DNA of 64,000 bases from Prochlorococcus sp. AG-449-G23 (lineage in GTDB: Bacteria > Cyanobacteriota > Cyanobacteriia > PCC-6307 > Cyanobiaceae), in contig QCQJ01000004.1 in assembly GCA_003209585.1 (NCBI GenBank), positions 6,373 through 70,372 of the forward strand. Direction: 5' to 3'. A model generated the notes under the pieces. The model did no database searches. It had not been told where the DNA came from and saw only the letters and a list, made by a program, of their open reading frames with translations. The position numbers and the translations under genes are program-made. Shown piece by piece: positions 30,657 through 38,893 of the stretch (position 1 is the stretch's first letter; the number at the start of each line of letters is the position of its first letter).

Positions 30657-30944
30657 ATGTTTAATTCATTCAGTACAGTCATAGATCAAAAGAAATCTAA
30701 AGCAAAATATCCAGAAGCGAGGGTAATAGTTCTTGATGATAGTTTTAATACTTTTCAACATGTCGCAAATTGTCTTCTGACAATAATCCCAAGCATGAGT
30801 GAAAAAAAGGCCTGGGATTTGACAATCAAAGTTGACAAGACAGGATCTGCGGAAGTTTGGAGGGGTAATCTTGAACAGGCAGAGCTATATCATGAGCAAC
30901 TCATGAGTAAAGGATTAACAATGGCTCCGATTGAGAAAACATAA
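30657..30944 (+). CDS. clpS: ATP-dependent Clp protease adaptor
   Basis: VIVLDDSFNTFQHVANCL, VDKTGSAEVW.G..EQAELY. Confidence 0.93.
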   Translation: MFNSFSTVIDQKKSKAKYPEARVIVLDDSFNTFQHVANCLLTIIPSMSEKKAWDLTIKVDKTGSAEVWRGNLEQAELYHEQLMSKGLTMAPIEKT

Positions 30945-30955
30945 TATAATTAAGA

Positions 30956-31207
30956 TTGACAGTAGATTATTGGCTTATAAATTTATACCCGTTCAAGGGT
31001 TAAAAGATGTTCAAAGAATAAGCAAATTAAAGATAAATTTTTTTGAATATATTTTTATCAACTCTGTATGAATTATTGTTTTTTTAGGAAAAGATCCACC
31101 TCTTATGTTAATCAGAGAATAATTAAAATTAATACAGCTAGAAATGAATAGAAAAGTTAATCAATCAGTGTTGGAGAAGAACCAAACAAGTTTAGGAAAA
31201 CTTTTAA
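30956..31207 (+). pseudogene. Degraded DUF1651-like gene
   Basis: Stitching frames gives YWLIN..RSRVKRCSKNKQIKDKFF/EYIFINSV*IIVFLGKDPPLMLIRE*LK/..ARNE*/KLINQCWRRTKQV*, with several frameshifts and stops; family recalled from memory. Confidence 0.65.
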
Positions 31208-31561
31208 TAACCAATATTGTTAACTGGGTTAGTTATGTAAATTAAGAGATTTAGGACGTAATTAGATGGTAAATTTAATGGCTTCAAAAGTAGCAAAGCC
31301 ATTCCTTGAGTCACATTAATTCCTTTACCTTCCATAAAAAATGAATAGTCTCATCCTAATTATAAAAAGGCTGACAAATACAAACTAAATATGCTGAAAT
31401 AAGGGAATATAAGAATTTATTGGTTAATAATTCTCAAGATATCTTATGCTTATAAAGTATTTTTAATATTTTTTACATTCAGGATTACTTATTTTTTATT
31501 AGTTTTCAAAAAAAATACGTAATAATCTTAAAATACCTACTATTTTAGAGATAAAAGTTTA

Positions 31562-31732
31562 ATGAAATCTATCTTAGAAAGTAAAAGATCCAAAGCTGTA
31601 CTTTTTATTGGAATAATTGCTACCAGTATTGGTTTAATATCAAAAAAAGTAATTAGTTATCCGGCTGGAGGGTGTATGAAAGGAGCTCAAGAATTGACCT
31701 TTAATAAAGTAATTAAACAGTACTTCATCTAA
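31562..31732 (+). CDS. Small hypothetical protein (56 aa, one hydrophobic segment)
   Basis: MKSILESKRSKAVLFIGIIATSIGLISKKVISYPAGGCMKGAQELTFNKVIKQYFI*. Confidence 0.5.
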   Translation: MKSILESKRSKAVLFIGIIATSIGLISKKVISYPAGGCMKGAQELTFNKVIKQYFI

Positions 31733-31754
31733 CAATAATATTCTTAATTGGTCC

Positions 31755-32144
31755 TTAATTGTTATATCCAGTCAACTTGGATAATTCTTTTAGTGATAGT
31801 ACACCTAAGAATAGGTTTCCATTTATTTCCCATGTAGGAAACCCTTTAATTTTTTTATCAATACATAATTGAGTTTGACTGTTTATTCCATCTGTTGCAC
31901 ATTCAACTACATTAAGTTCCTCATAAGCTTGCTTACCAAATAATTCACTTTGATTAAGGCAATTAGGGCACCAATATGCTGAATATTTAACAACACCATT
32001 ATCTTTAAGGTACTTTGCAAACTCAATAGTTTCCTTGGTGCTTTCTGAAGTGACTATAAACTTTTTCTGATTATACATATGTGAGCTATGTATAGCGTTT
32101 GGCAAAGTTAAAAAAGCTAATAATGGTATTAATAAACGTTTCAT
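31755..32144 (-). CDS. Exported thioredoxin-fold protein resembling the VKOR-associated (DsbA-like) domain
   Basis: Signal peptide; YSAYWCPNC, second Cys pair (VECA...QLC), IKGFPTWEING. Confidence 0.8.
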   Translation of the reverse strand: MKRLLIPLLAFLTLPNAIHSSHMYNQKKFIVTSESTKETIEFAKYLKDNGVVKYSAYWCPNCLNQSELFGKQAYEELNVVECATDGINSQTQLCIDKKIKGFPTWEINGNLFLGVLSLKELSKLTGYNN

Positions 32145-32293
32145 TTACTTACTACTTTTCCTCCATATTTTCTTACTGTCTTATCAAGTAAAATTCGCAT
32201 ATCTTTATTTTTAAGTTTCTCTATTCGCTGTAGATTTTCAAGAAGATCACATATTTGATCCTGTGTGTCTTCATTTAATTCAGTTACTGCCAT
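32141..32293 (-). CDS. Small hypothetical protein (50 aa)
   Basis: MAVTELNEDTQDQICDLLENLQRIEKLKNKDMRILLDKTVRKYGGKVVSK*; its stop overlaps the next start (ATGA). Confidence 0.65.
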   Translation of the reverse strand: MAVTELNEDTQDQICDLLENLQRIEKLKNKDMRILLDKTVRKYGGKVVSK

Positions 32294-32382
32294 TTAATTT
32301 TATATATTTAATATTCCAATTTTAGATCGATAATAAATTTAAATGTTTATTGTATTTATATTTTTTATTGCTAATTTTTAAA

Positions 32383-32421
32383 GCGGGCTAAGGTTCATAT
32401 CTCCACGATGATTTAGTCCGC
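32383..32421 (+). other. GC-rich stem-loop, candidate small RNA or regulatory hairpin
   Basis: GCGGGCTAAG pairs with TTTAGTCCGC (two G-U pairs on the + strand); inner TCAT/ATGA; loop ATCTCCACG. Confidence 0.45.
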
Positions 32422-32549
32422 CGAATTTCAAAAATTAAAATAATTTCAAGATCAACTGTTTGAGAAGTTGATAAGAATTAGTTCCAGAGATATTTATAAT
32501 TGTTTAATTTCCAAATGACAGTGACAAGCAATCTTATATAAACGAATAA

Positions 32550-32560
32550 AGTGTGACACT
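32550..32560. promoter_or_regulatory. Palindrome AGTGT-G-ACACT (putative operator)
   Basis: Perfect 5-1-5 palindrome 2 nt beyond the RHH gene stop. Confidence 0.55.
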
Positions 32561-32562
32561 AG

Positions 32563-32928
32563 TTATTCAATAATATTGTTATTCTCCTTCATAACTTTCT
32601 TAAAATACTTAAACTCAATAAATTCATGCATCATTTTGATATCATCTGAAAATACTTTTTTATTAACTCTATAATTGTCACCATTGCCTGGTGATTTATT
32701 ATCTTTAGTAAATGATAATTTTTCAAAGGATAAATTAATGAAATTATTATTAATATCTTTATTTTGAACAAAAGTTTCGCTTAATACTCCTCTAGACCTT
32801 AATGCTTCTTCAACAAGTAAACCTGTAACTTTTGACTGACTAAATTCATTAGCTGTGCACAATTTTTCAATAATTTCATGAATTTCTTCACTCGGCAAAA
32901 AACCAATTCTTTTCCTCTGAGAGGGCAT
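32563..32928 (-). CDS. CopG/RHH-like putative transcriptional regulator (start refined to MPSQRKRIG)
   Basis: RKRIGFLPSEEIHEIIEKLCTANEFSQSKVTGLLVEEALRSRG fits a strand-helix-helix pattern. Confidence 0.7.
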   Translation of the reverse strand: MPSQRKRIGFLPSEEIHEIIEKLCTANEFSQSKVTGLLVEEALRSRGVLSETFVQNKDINNNFINLSFEKLSFTKDNKSPGNGDNYRVNKKVFSDDIKMMHEFIEFKYFKKVMKENNNIIE

Positions 32929-32941
32929 AATAAAAAAATTT

Positions 32942-32974
32942 AGTGTCACACTTGCATATTATAAGTGTTGCACT
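32942..32974. promoter_or_regulatory. Tandem palindromes AGTGTCACACT and AGTGTTGCACT, 22 bp apart, in a divergent promoter
   Basis: Sites at 32942-32952 and 32964-32974, between the RHH gene (-) and ORF 33005 (+). Confidence 0.6.
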
Positions 32975-33004
32975 ATATTTGATTTAAGTCAACTAACTTT
33001 TGTT

Positions 33005-33157
33005 ATGCATATTTTAATATTTCCTATCGGCTTTGTTCTTTGGTATTTAGCTTATGAAGCAAAACCTATCATTAATGATGAAGTTACACTTCATTGGGAA
33101 CAGAAAAACACAAATAAAAGAAATAAACTTTTAAATATAATTAACGAAAGTCTTTAA
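33005..33157 (+). CDS. Small membrane-anchored hypothetical protein (50 aa)
   Basis: MHILIFPIGFVLWYLAYEAKPIINDEVTLHWEQKNTNKRNKLLNIINESL*. Confidence 0.6.
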   Translation: MHILIFPIGFVLWYLAYEAKPIINDEVTLHWEQKNTNKRNKLLNIINESL

Positions 33158-33333
33158 ATATTATTTTCAACAAATTTTGACCATTCCTTGTGCTTATAAT
33201 CTAAATCTGAGATTAATTGCTTTTGATAAGTATATTTGAGTTGATTTTCGTTAAGAGATTTTTTTGTGATAATCATCTCTTTAGAAAAAAAATCAGGTGT
33301 GCTGGGGTTAGCAATAATTTTTTTTATATTCAT
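33154..33333 (-). CDS. Small hypothetical protein (59 aa)
   Basis: MNIKKIIANPSTPDFFSKEMIITKKSLNENQLKYTYQKQLISDLDYKHKEWSKFVENNI*; stop overlaps the convergent stop. Confidence 0.5.
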   Translation of the reverse strand: MNIKKIIANPSTPDFFSKEMIITKKSLNENQLKYTYQKQLISDLDYKHKEWSKFVENNI

Positions 33334-33497
33334 TAAAAAATTTTAACTATTATTTTTTATATGATTTAAAGACCTTAAGTCTTATTTATTTTATATTTAT
33401 TTTACATTTCCTTAATAAAGCTTTTTTGGGATGTTTGTATAAAAAATATTAATTTATAAAATAAAAAGGCTATATTAAAGAAAATAAATACTTTACT

Positions 33498-33671
33498 ATG
33501 AATCTTAAGGAAAGAGGTATTACGATTGGGGATTTACTAATTATCTTAATAATAATCCTCACTTCTACAATATTAGTTAAATCACTTAACAAGGATAAGA
33601 AAACAACATCTTATCAAAGTAATCAAGAGATTTTATCTTACAAGAAAGACCACTATCATAAATATATTTGA
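33498..33671 (+). CDS. Small protein with prepilin-like N-terminus (57 aa)
   Basis: MNLKERG-ITIGDLLIILIIILTSTILVKSLNKDKKTTSYQSNQEILSYKKDHYHKYI*. Confidence 0.6.
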   Translation: MNLKERGITIGDLLIILIIILTSTILVKSLNKDKKTTSYQSNQEILSYKKDHYHKYI

Positions 33672-33813
33672 ACAATCTATCTGTATAAATTAATTTTTAA
33701 TTTTTTTATACAGATAACACTTTAAACACTTAATTAATTTTTTTTAATTATTACTTAGTAACTCATTTAAATTACTAATATTGATATTTTCCATTATTTA
33801 GATTATACATATC

Positions 33814-33990
33814 TTAATTTTTTTGATGTAATGATTTAGAACTTTCCCATTTTAAATTATCCTTTAAATCATTAATATCATTTGATACAGAAACTAAATT
33901 AACCATTTGAAGAATTTGAGTATTATTTAGCCTATCAACAGAAATAAGTCGATTAAGCATATCTAAAACAGATTTGTCGTTAATATTCAC
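33814..33990 (-). CDS. Small hypothetical protein (58 aa, GTG start)
   Basis: MNINDKSVLDMLNRLISVDRLNNTQILQMVNLVSVSNDINDLKDNLKWESSKSLHQKN*. Confidence 0.55.
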   Translation of the reverse strand: MNINDKSVLDMLNRLISVDRLNNTQILQMVNLVSVSNDINDLKDNLKWESSKSLHQKN

Positions 33991-34191
33991 TATCTGTATT
34001 GCAATAAAAATTATGTTGGTTTAATGAAATAATACTATCTTAATATTCAAAAATCACTTCAAAGATTTTTAATATATTTATTCCAAAATACAAAAATTAT
34101 TTATAAATTCACCATATATTATCCCTAGATATTAGTAAAAATCTTTAACTCACTTTTTTATAAATTCGTTTATGGTAAAAATAAACGAAAA

Positions 34192-34362
34192 ATGAAAAAA
34201 GAATCTAAAAAGGAATACCTTAATAGAGATGAAGTAAATGAGATGATTGAATCAGCGATTCGAAGACACAATAGAAGATCAACTATAATATCAAGTGTTC
34301 TTGGCTGGATCCTAATAGGAGGTTACTCGTTTGGTCTTTTTCAAGCGGTACAAAATGTCTAA
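34192..34362 (+). CDS. Small single-TM protein with EMI..AIRRHNR motif (56 aa)
   Basis: MKKESKKEYLNRDEVNEMIESAIRRHNRRSTIISSVLGWILIGGYSFGLFQAVQNV*. Confidence 0.7.
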   Translation: MKKESKKEYLNRDEVNEMIESAIRRHNRRSTIISSVLGWILIGGYSFGLFQAVQNV

Positions 34363-34425
34363 TTAATCATTTCTTTAGAGCAGAACTTGCTAGATGATAA
34401 ATTAATATAAGCTTAAGTATTTATT

Positions 34426-34647
34426 ATGAGGGAATATATTGAGGAAAATATTACAGTGATAAGAAAATATTTAAAAAAACGCAAAATTTTTACATCAAAA
34501 TTAAATAGTGATTCGATAATGGAAGAATTCAAAGAATGGAGCAAAGATCCATTGCCTGAAACAGAATCAATTTGGACTTTACCTGATTTAACGAGAAAAG
34601 AAAGACTAAAAAATTTTTGTCGATCAATTAAAAAGGAAATAAGATAA
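34426..34647 (+). CDS. Hypothetical protein (73 aa)
   Basis: ORF track; protein-like composition (EWSKDPLPETESIWTLP). Confidence 0.6.
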   Translation: MREYIEENITVIRKYLKKRKIFTSKLNSDSIMEEFKEWSKDPLPETESIWTLPDLTRKERLKNFCRSIKKEIR

Positions 34648-34651
34648 GTTT

Positions 34652-34810
34652 TTAACTACCTAGTTGTATATGATTTACCTTTAAGTAAAAATAACCCGCA
34701 AATCCAACTATATTCAATATTATAACGAAAATCCAAGCTCCAATTGGCTGATTAGAATCAAATTTTTTTATTTTAACTTTATCCTTTAGTCTTTCAATAT
34801 ATTTAGCCAT
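34652..34810 (-). CDS. Small single-TM hypothetical protein (52 aa)
   Basis: MAKYIERLKDKVKIKKFDSNQPIGAWIFVIILNIVGFAGYFYLKVNHIQLGS*. Confidence 0.6.
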   Translation of the reverse strand: MAKYIERLKDKVKIKKFDSNQPIGAWIFVIILNIVGFAGYFYLKVNHIQLGS

Positions 34811-35029
34811 AATTAAAAACATTAAAAAGAATATTCCTAATTATAGAGATTTGAATTTAAAGTAATCTTAAATAAAATAAAATTTCTTTAATTAGAATTT
34901 TTATTGTCAAGCCTATTAATGGGATATTTAATTAATTCCTTTTTGAGATTTTTTAAAAGTTTATTATGATTCAATATTGTAAATTTTCTAGTAAAGGAAT
35001 AATGCCATTTCATTGAATTAAAAAAAAAC

Positions 35030-35059
35030 TTGCTAATTCATTATCAATAAAATTATAAT
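35030..35059 (+). promoter_or_regulatory. Sigma70-like promoter (TTGCTA-N18-TATAAT) with overlapping 8-2-8 palindrome
   Basis: TTGCTAAT-TC-ATTATCAA at 35030-35047; TATAAT at 35054-35059; upstream of the peroxiredoxin. Confidence 0.45.
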
Positions 35060-35112
35060 ACTTATTACGGTCATTCAGACCATAACTAATTTAAAAAAGG
35101 ACAAAATTTTTC

Positions 35113-35697
35113 ATGAGCTTAAGAGTTGGCCAAGAAGCACCAGATTTTAGTGCTACAGCAGTATATGATCAAGAGTTTAAGGATATTACACTTTCAGGTC
35201 TAAGAGGTAAATGGGTTGTTTTATTCTTTTACCCACTAGATTTTACATTTGTATGTCCAACTGAAATCACTGCATTTAGTGATAGATATCAAGATTTCTC
35301 AGCACTTAATACGGAAATACTTGGAGTATCAGTTGATAGCAAACACTGTCATTTGGCATGGATACAAACTCCAAGAAATGAAGGTGGAATAGGTGATATT
35401 AACTACCCGTTAGTTTCTGACCTAAAAAGAGAAATTTGCCAAGCGTACAATGTTCTTAATGATGATGGAGAGGCAGATAGAGGTTTGTTTTTAATAAATC
35501 CCGAAGGAGTAGTTATGCACACTACTGTTAACAAGGCTCCTGTAGGCAGAAATGTTGATGAAACACTAAGAATTCTTCAAGGTTATCAATACGTTGCGGC
35601 AAACCCAGATGAGGTATGTCCAGCAAACTGGACCCCCGGGGAGAAAACAATGTTAGAAGACCCCAAAGGTAGTAAGGAATATTTTTCTGCGCTCTAG
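35113..35697 (+). CDS. 2-Cys peroxiredoxin (AhpC/Prx1)
   Basis: [26 protein letters not shown]-terminal YF motif. Confidence 0.95.
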   Translation: MSLRVGQEAPDFSATAVYDQEFKDITLSGLRGKWVVLFFYPLDFTFVCPTEITAFSDRYQDFSALNTEILGVSVDSKHCHLAWIQTPRNEGGIGDINYPLVSDLKREICQAYNVLNDDGEADRGLFLINPEGVVMHTTVNKAPVGRNVDETLRILQGYQYVAANPDEVCPANWTPGEKTMLEDPKGSKEYFSAL

Positions 35698-35712
35698 TAG
35701 GATTAGAAACTT

Positions 35713-36465
35713 TTAAGTAAGTTTTGAGTAGTAAATAATTATAAAGAAATAAAAAATAAACATATTCAAAATGGGGATTACATCCCCTTTTTGAGGTTTT
35801 TGTACGATCCAATCGCTTAAATTAGTTTTATATGATAAAAAACACCAGGTAAAAAAAGAAATTTCTATAGCGACTAAGATAAAAATATTAATTAAATTTA
35901 AGTCATTTAAACCAAAATATCTATAAATATAGAAATGATCATCAACATTAATATTATTAATTTGAAGATGCCAAAGATAAAGAGAAATCAAAATAAAATT
36001 TATCAATATTAATTTTTTTAATAAAAACCTAGATTTCTTAAAAATTAATAAAATAGAAATTAAAAAAATGAAAAAACATAACTGTAAAATATCCGGTTTT
36101 GGTAAATTAATTCCTTCAAGAAATAAATTAAATATAAGATCAAAATTAATATATAAATAATCAGCTATAAAGTAAGAGAGAAATATTAAATTTATTGCGA
36201 CTAAGAATAATAATCCCTTTCCTTTAATTATATTTTTACTATTAATATTATTCTTATTAAAGTTATGGTATGTATAGTTTTTTAAGGAATTTAAACACAC
36301 TAAAGATGGACATATTGTACCGCTTAAATAGTAAAGGATTGAATAAAAGGAAATATCATTAATATTGAATGAATACAAATTAAACCATTGTTTTTGTACA
36401 AATGGAAGAATAAGTAATAATGAAAGTGTAACTAATAAATTCGTTGTATTATTTTTAATTATCAA
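35713..36465 (-). CDS. Hypothetical multi-pass membrane protein
   Basis: Long hydrophobic ORF; LPFVQKQW and NLSDW segments. Confidence 0.65.
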   Translation of the reverse strand: MIIKNNTTNLLVTLSLLLILPFVQKQWFNLYSFNINDISFYSILYYLSGTICPSLVCLNSLKNYTYHNFNKNNINSKNIIKGKGLLFLVAINLIFLSYFIADYLYINFDLIFNLFLEGINLPKPDILQLCFFIFLISILLIFKKSRFLLKKLILINFILISLYLWHLQINNINVDDHFYIYRYFGLNDLNLINIFILVAIEISFFTWCFLSYKTNLSDWIVQKPQKGDVIPILNMFIFYFFIIIYYSKLT

Positions 36466-36503
36466 GAAAATATTAAAATTTTTTTTAATTTAAAACAATT
36501 AAA

Positions 36504-38258
36504 TCAAACTTTCAACAATTTAGAAGAAGTTAATTTAAAAACTTTTTTATCTATAGTTTCTTGATTTAAAAGTATATCAACTAATTTATCAAGTAAGACT
36601 CTATTTTTTTTTAATATTTTTATTGAATTATTTAATGAAATTTTAGAAATATTTATGATTTCATTATCTATCCTAGAACTAGTATTTTCAGCTATGAGAG
36701 GCTTTCTTCTAAATAATCCATCTCCTAAAAACATTTCATTATTATCAGAATCAATTGAAATTGGACCAATAATTGAAAATCCATATTTCGTAACCATTTC
36801 CCTTACAATATCTGTCGCATAAGAGATATCATTTAAGGAGCATTGTGTAATTTCACTTTCGCCAAAAACTATCGTTTCTGCTGCTCTTCCAGCTAGAGCA
36901 ATTTCAATTTTTGAAGATAATAATTTTTTTGAAATCAAACCACTAGAAATTACATCTTCGTCAGGGCATATTTTTGTATATCCTCCTATAGATCCAGATC
37001 TAGGTAAAATCGTAATTTTATCAACTGATTCAATTCCATTTCTCACAGCAGATACAATCGCTCTGCCCACTTCGTTATAAGCAATAATTTTTTTCATATT
37101 TGGAGAAGTTATTAATGAACTTCTCAGGCCAATTGTAATTTTATCGAGAGCATTTTCTATATGAAGATCACTGATTAATTTAGATTCATCTCTTGCACAA
37201 TGAATAGCACTCTCGTTCATCAAATTTGCAAGATCTGCTCCAGAAAATCCTACTGTTCTTGAAGCCCAATATCCTAAGTCAACTTCACTTGAAAGTGGTT
37301 TGGAAAGTGAGTGAACAGAAAGAATTTTTTTTCTTCCATCTAAATCTGGAAGCATTACTTCAATTTTTCTATCAAATCTACCTGGTCTTAATAATGCTGC
37401 ATCCAAAATATCTGGTCTATTTGTCGCGGCTAAAACAATAATCCCTGAATTATCAGCAAAACCATCTAATTCAGTTAGAAGCTGATTGAGAGTTTGTTCT
37501 CTTTCATCATTTCCACCTCCGATCCCAGACCCTCTTTGCCTACCAATAGAATCTATTTCATCAATGAAAATTATACAAGGAGATTTTTCCTTAGCCTTAG
37601 AGAATAGATCCCGAACTCGGCTTGCACCAACACCAACAAAAAGTTCTACAAACTCTGATGCTGATATAGAGAGAAAAGGTACTCCTGATTCACCAGCAAT
37701 TGCTTTAGCCAATAATGTTTTACCTGTTCCTGGTGGGCCTATTAGAAGAACACCCTTGGGAACTTTTGCTCCAAGATTTTCAAATTTCTTTGGTTCTTTC
37801 AAAAATGTTATTACCTCTTTTAATTCCTCAGCAGCTTCAGGAACACCAGCGACATCATCGAATCTCGTTTCTACATCATCAATAGTTACAAATTTAGCTT
37901 GATTTTTGGTAAAACCAAAGGCTCTGGAAGCCAATTTTGATGTACTCCTCAAGATTAAGACTATAGCTATTATGAAAATCAGGAAAAGACTTATTGAAGC
38001 AAATGAATTAGCAGCTGAGGCTTCTTTTCTACTATTGTTAATAGTGAGGTCTACCTTATTTGCAGTAGCCTTTTCAAGGATTAATTGATCGTTGTAAAGG
38101 ATAGGTATTTTAAATTTATCGCCATTTTTATACAGAACATCAATTTCTCTCTGACTAGGATAGAAAAATATTGATTCTATTTTCCCCGTCTCTATATCTT
38201 CAAGAAGATCTGAATAACTTGATTTAGAATCTGAATATGAGAATTTTGATCTAAACAC
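36504..38258 (-). CDS. ftsH: FtsH paralogue with intact AAA domain and degenerate Zn-protease motif
   Basis: Walker A GPPGTGKT, Walker [31 protein letters not shown]; the HEXXH position reads NEVGR. Confidence 0.9.
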   Translation of the reverse strand: MFRSKFSYSDSKSSYSDLLEDIETGKIESIFFYPSQREIDVLYKNGDKFKIPILYNDQLILEKATANKVDLTINNSRKEASAANSFASISLFLIFIIAIVLILRSTSKLASRAFGFTKNQAKFVTIDDVETRFDDVAGVPEAAEELKEVITFLKEPKKFENLGAKVPKGVLLIGPPGTGKTLLAKAIAGESGVPFLSISASEFVELFVGVGASRVRDLFSKAKEKSPCIIFIDEIDSIGRQRGSGIGGGNDEREQTLNQLLTELDGFADNSGIIVLAATNRPDILDAALLRPGRFDRKIEVMLPDLDGRKKILSVHSLSKPLSSEVDLGYWASRTVGFSGADLANLMNESAIHCARDESKLISDLHIENALDKITIGLRSSLITSPNMKKIIAYNEVGRAIVSAVRNGIESVDKITILPRSGSIGGYTKICPDEDVISSGLISKKLLSSKIEIALAGRAAETIVFGESEITQCSLNDISYATDIVREMVTKYGFSIIGPISIDSDNNEMFLGDGLFRRKPLIAENTSSRIDNEIINISKISLNNSIKILKKNRVLLDKLVDILLNQETIDKKVFKLTSSKLLKV

Positions 38259-38389
38259 TAATCTTTAAAAGTTATTAATAAAGCATATATGCTTATTTAA
38301 AAAATTGAGGTACATAAACAAAATATACTCAAAAGTTTTGGAGATAACCAGTTAAGGGTTATATTATTATATGGAAATAAAGAAACAGA

Positions 38390-38563
38390 ATGGCTGTACC
38401 AAAGAAGAAAAAATCAAAGAGCAAAAGGAACCAAAGGCACGCTGTCTGGAAAGGGAAAGCAGCAATAGCCGCTCAAAAGGCTATATCTTTAGGTAAATCA
38501 GTTTTAACTGGGAAAGCTCAAGGATTTGTTTATCCTATTGAAGAAGAAGAAGAAGAAGAATAG
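38390..38563 (+). CDS. rpmF: 50S ribosomal protein L32
   Basis: Manual translation [57 protein letters not shown]. Confidence 0.95.
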   Translation: MAVPKKKKSKSKRNQRHAVWKGKAAIAAQKAISLGKSVLTGKAQGFVYPIEEEEEEE

Positions 38564-38566
38564 CTT

Positions 38567-38893
38567 TTAAGATCCTAATTTAAATGCCTCAAGTATAACG
38601 GCATAAATTGCACCAATTCTTAATTTATCAACTACGGTCCATAGATAATAAAATTTTGAACTTGCAGCAGGTTTAATTCTTATAATGATTTCAATAAAAA
38701 CAATAATTATTGGGACCATTATCAACTCATTTTTACCTTCAGATATAAATTTTGTAAGAAAATTTGCGAACAAAAAATAACCTGTCAAAACAGAAATTAG
38801 GCCAATAGATTTTGTCCTCCAAGTATCACTTAGAAAACCAAAAAATAAATTATTTAACTGGTATGTAATTCTTGAAAAATTAGTTTTTTGCAT
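38567..38893 (-). CDS. DUF565/Ycf20-like membrane protein
   Basis: WRTKSIGLISVLTGYF and C-terminal LRIG..Y...LEAFKLGS. Confidence 0.85.
   Translation of the reverse strand: MQKTNFSRITYQLNNLFFGFLSDTWRTKSIGLISVLTGYFLFANFLTKFISEGKNELIMVPIIIVFIEIIIRIKPAASSKFYYLWTVVDKLRIGAIYAVILEAFKLGS

Noticed and set aside
31204-31335. 43-aa minus-strand ORF MEGKGINVTQGMALLLLKP... and an 8-bp hairpin at 31277-31303
   Set aside because: Upstream frames contain stops and no family is recognisable; it may be another gene remnant, but support is too weak.
32550-32560. GTGACAC as an E. coli-type matS site
   Set aside because: Matches only half of GTGACRNYGTCAC and has a different symmetry centre; MatP is not known from cyanobacteria.
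38540-38560. (GAA)7 repeat as a contingency locus
   Set aside because: It encodes the in-frame poly-Glu tail of L32; length changes would not shift the frame.
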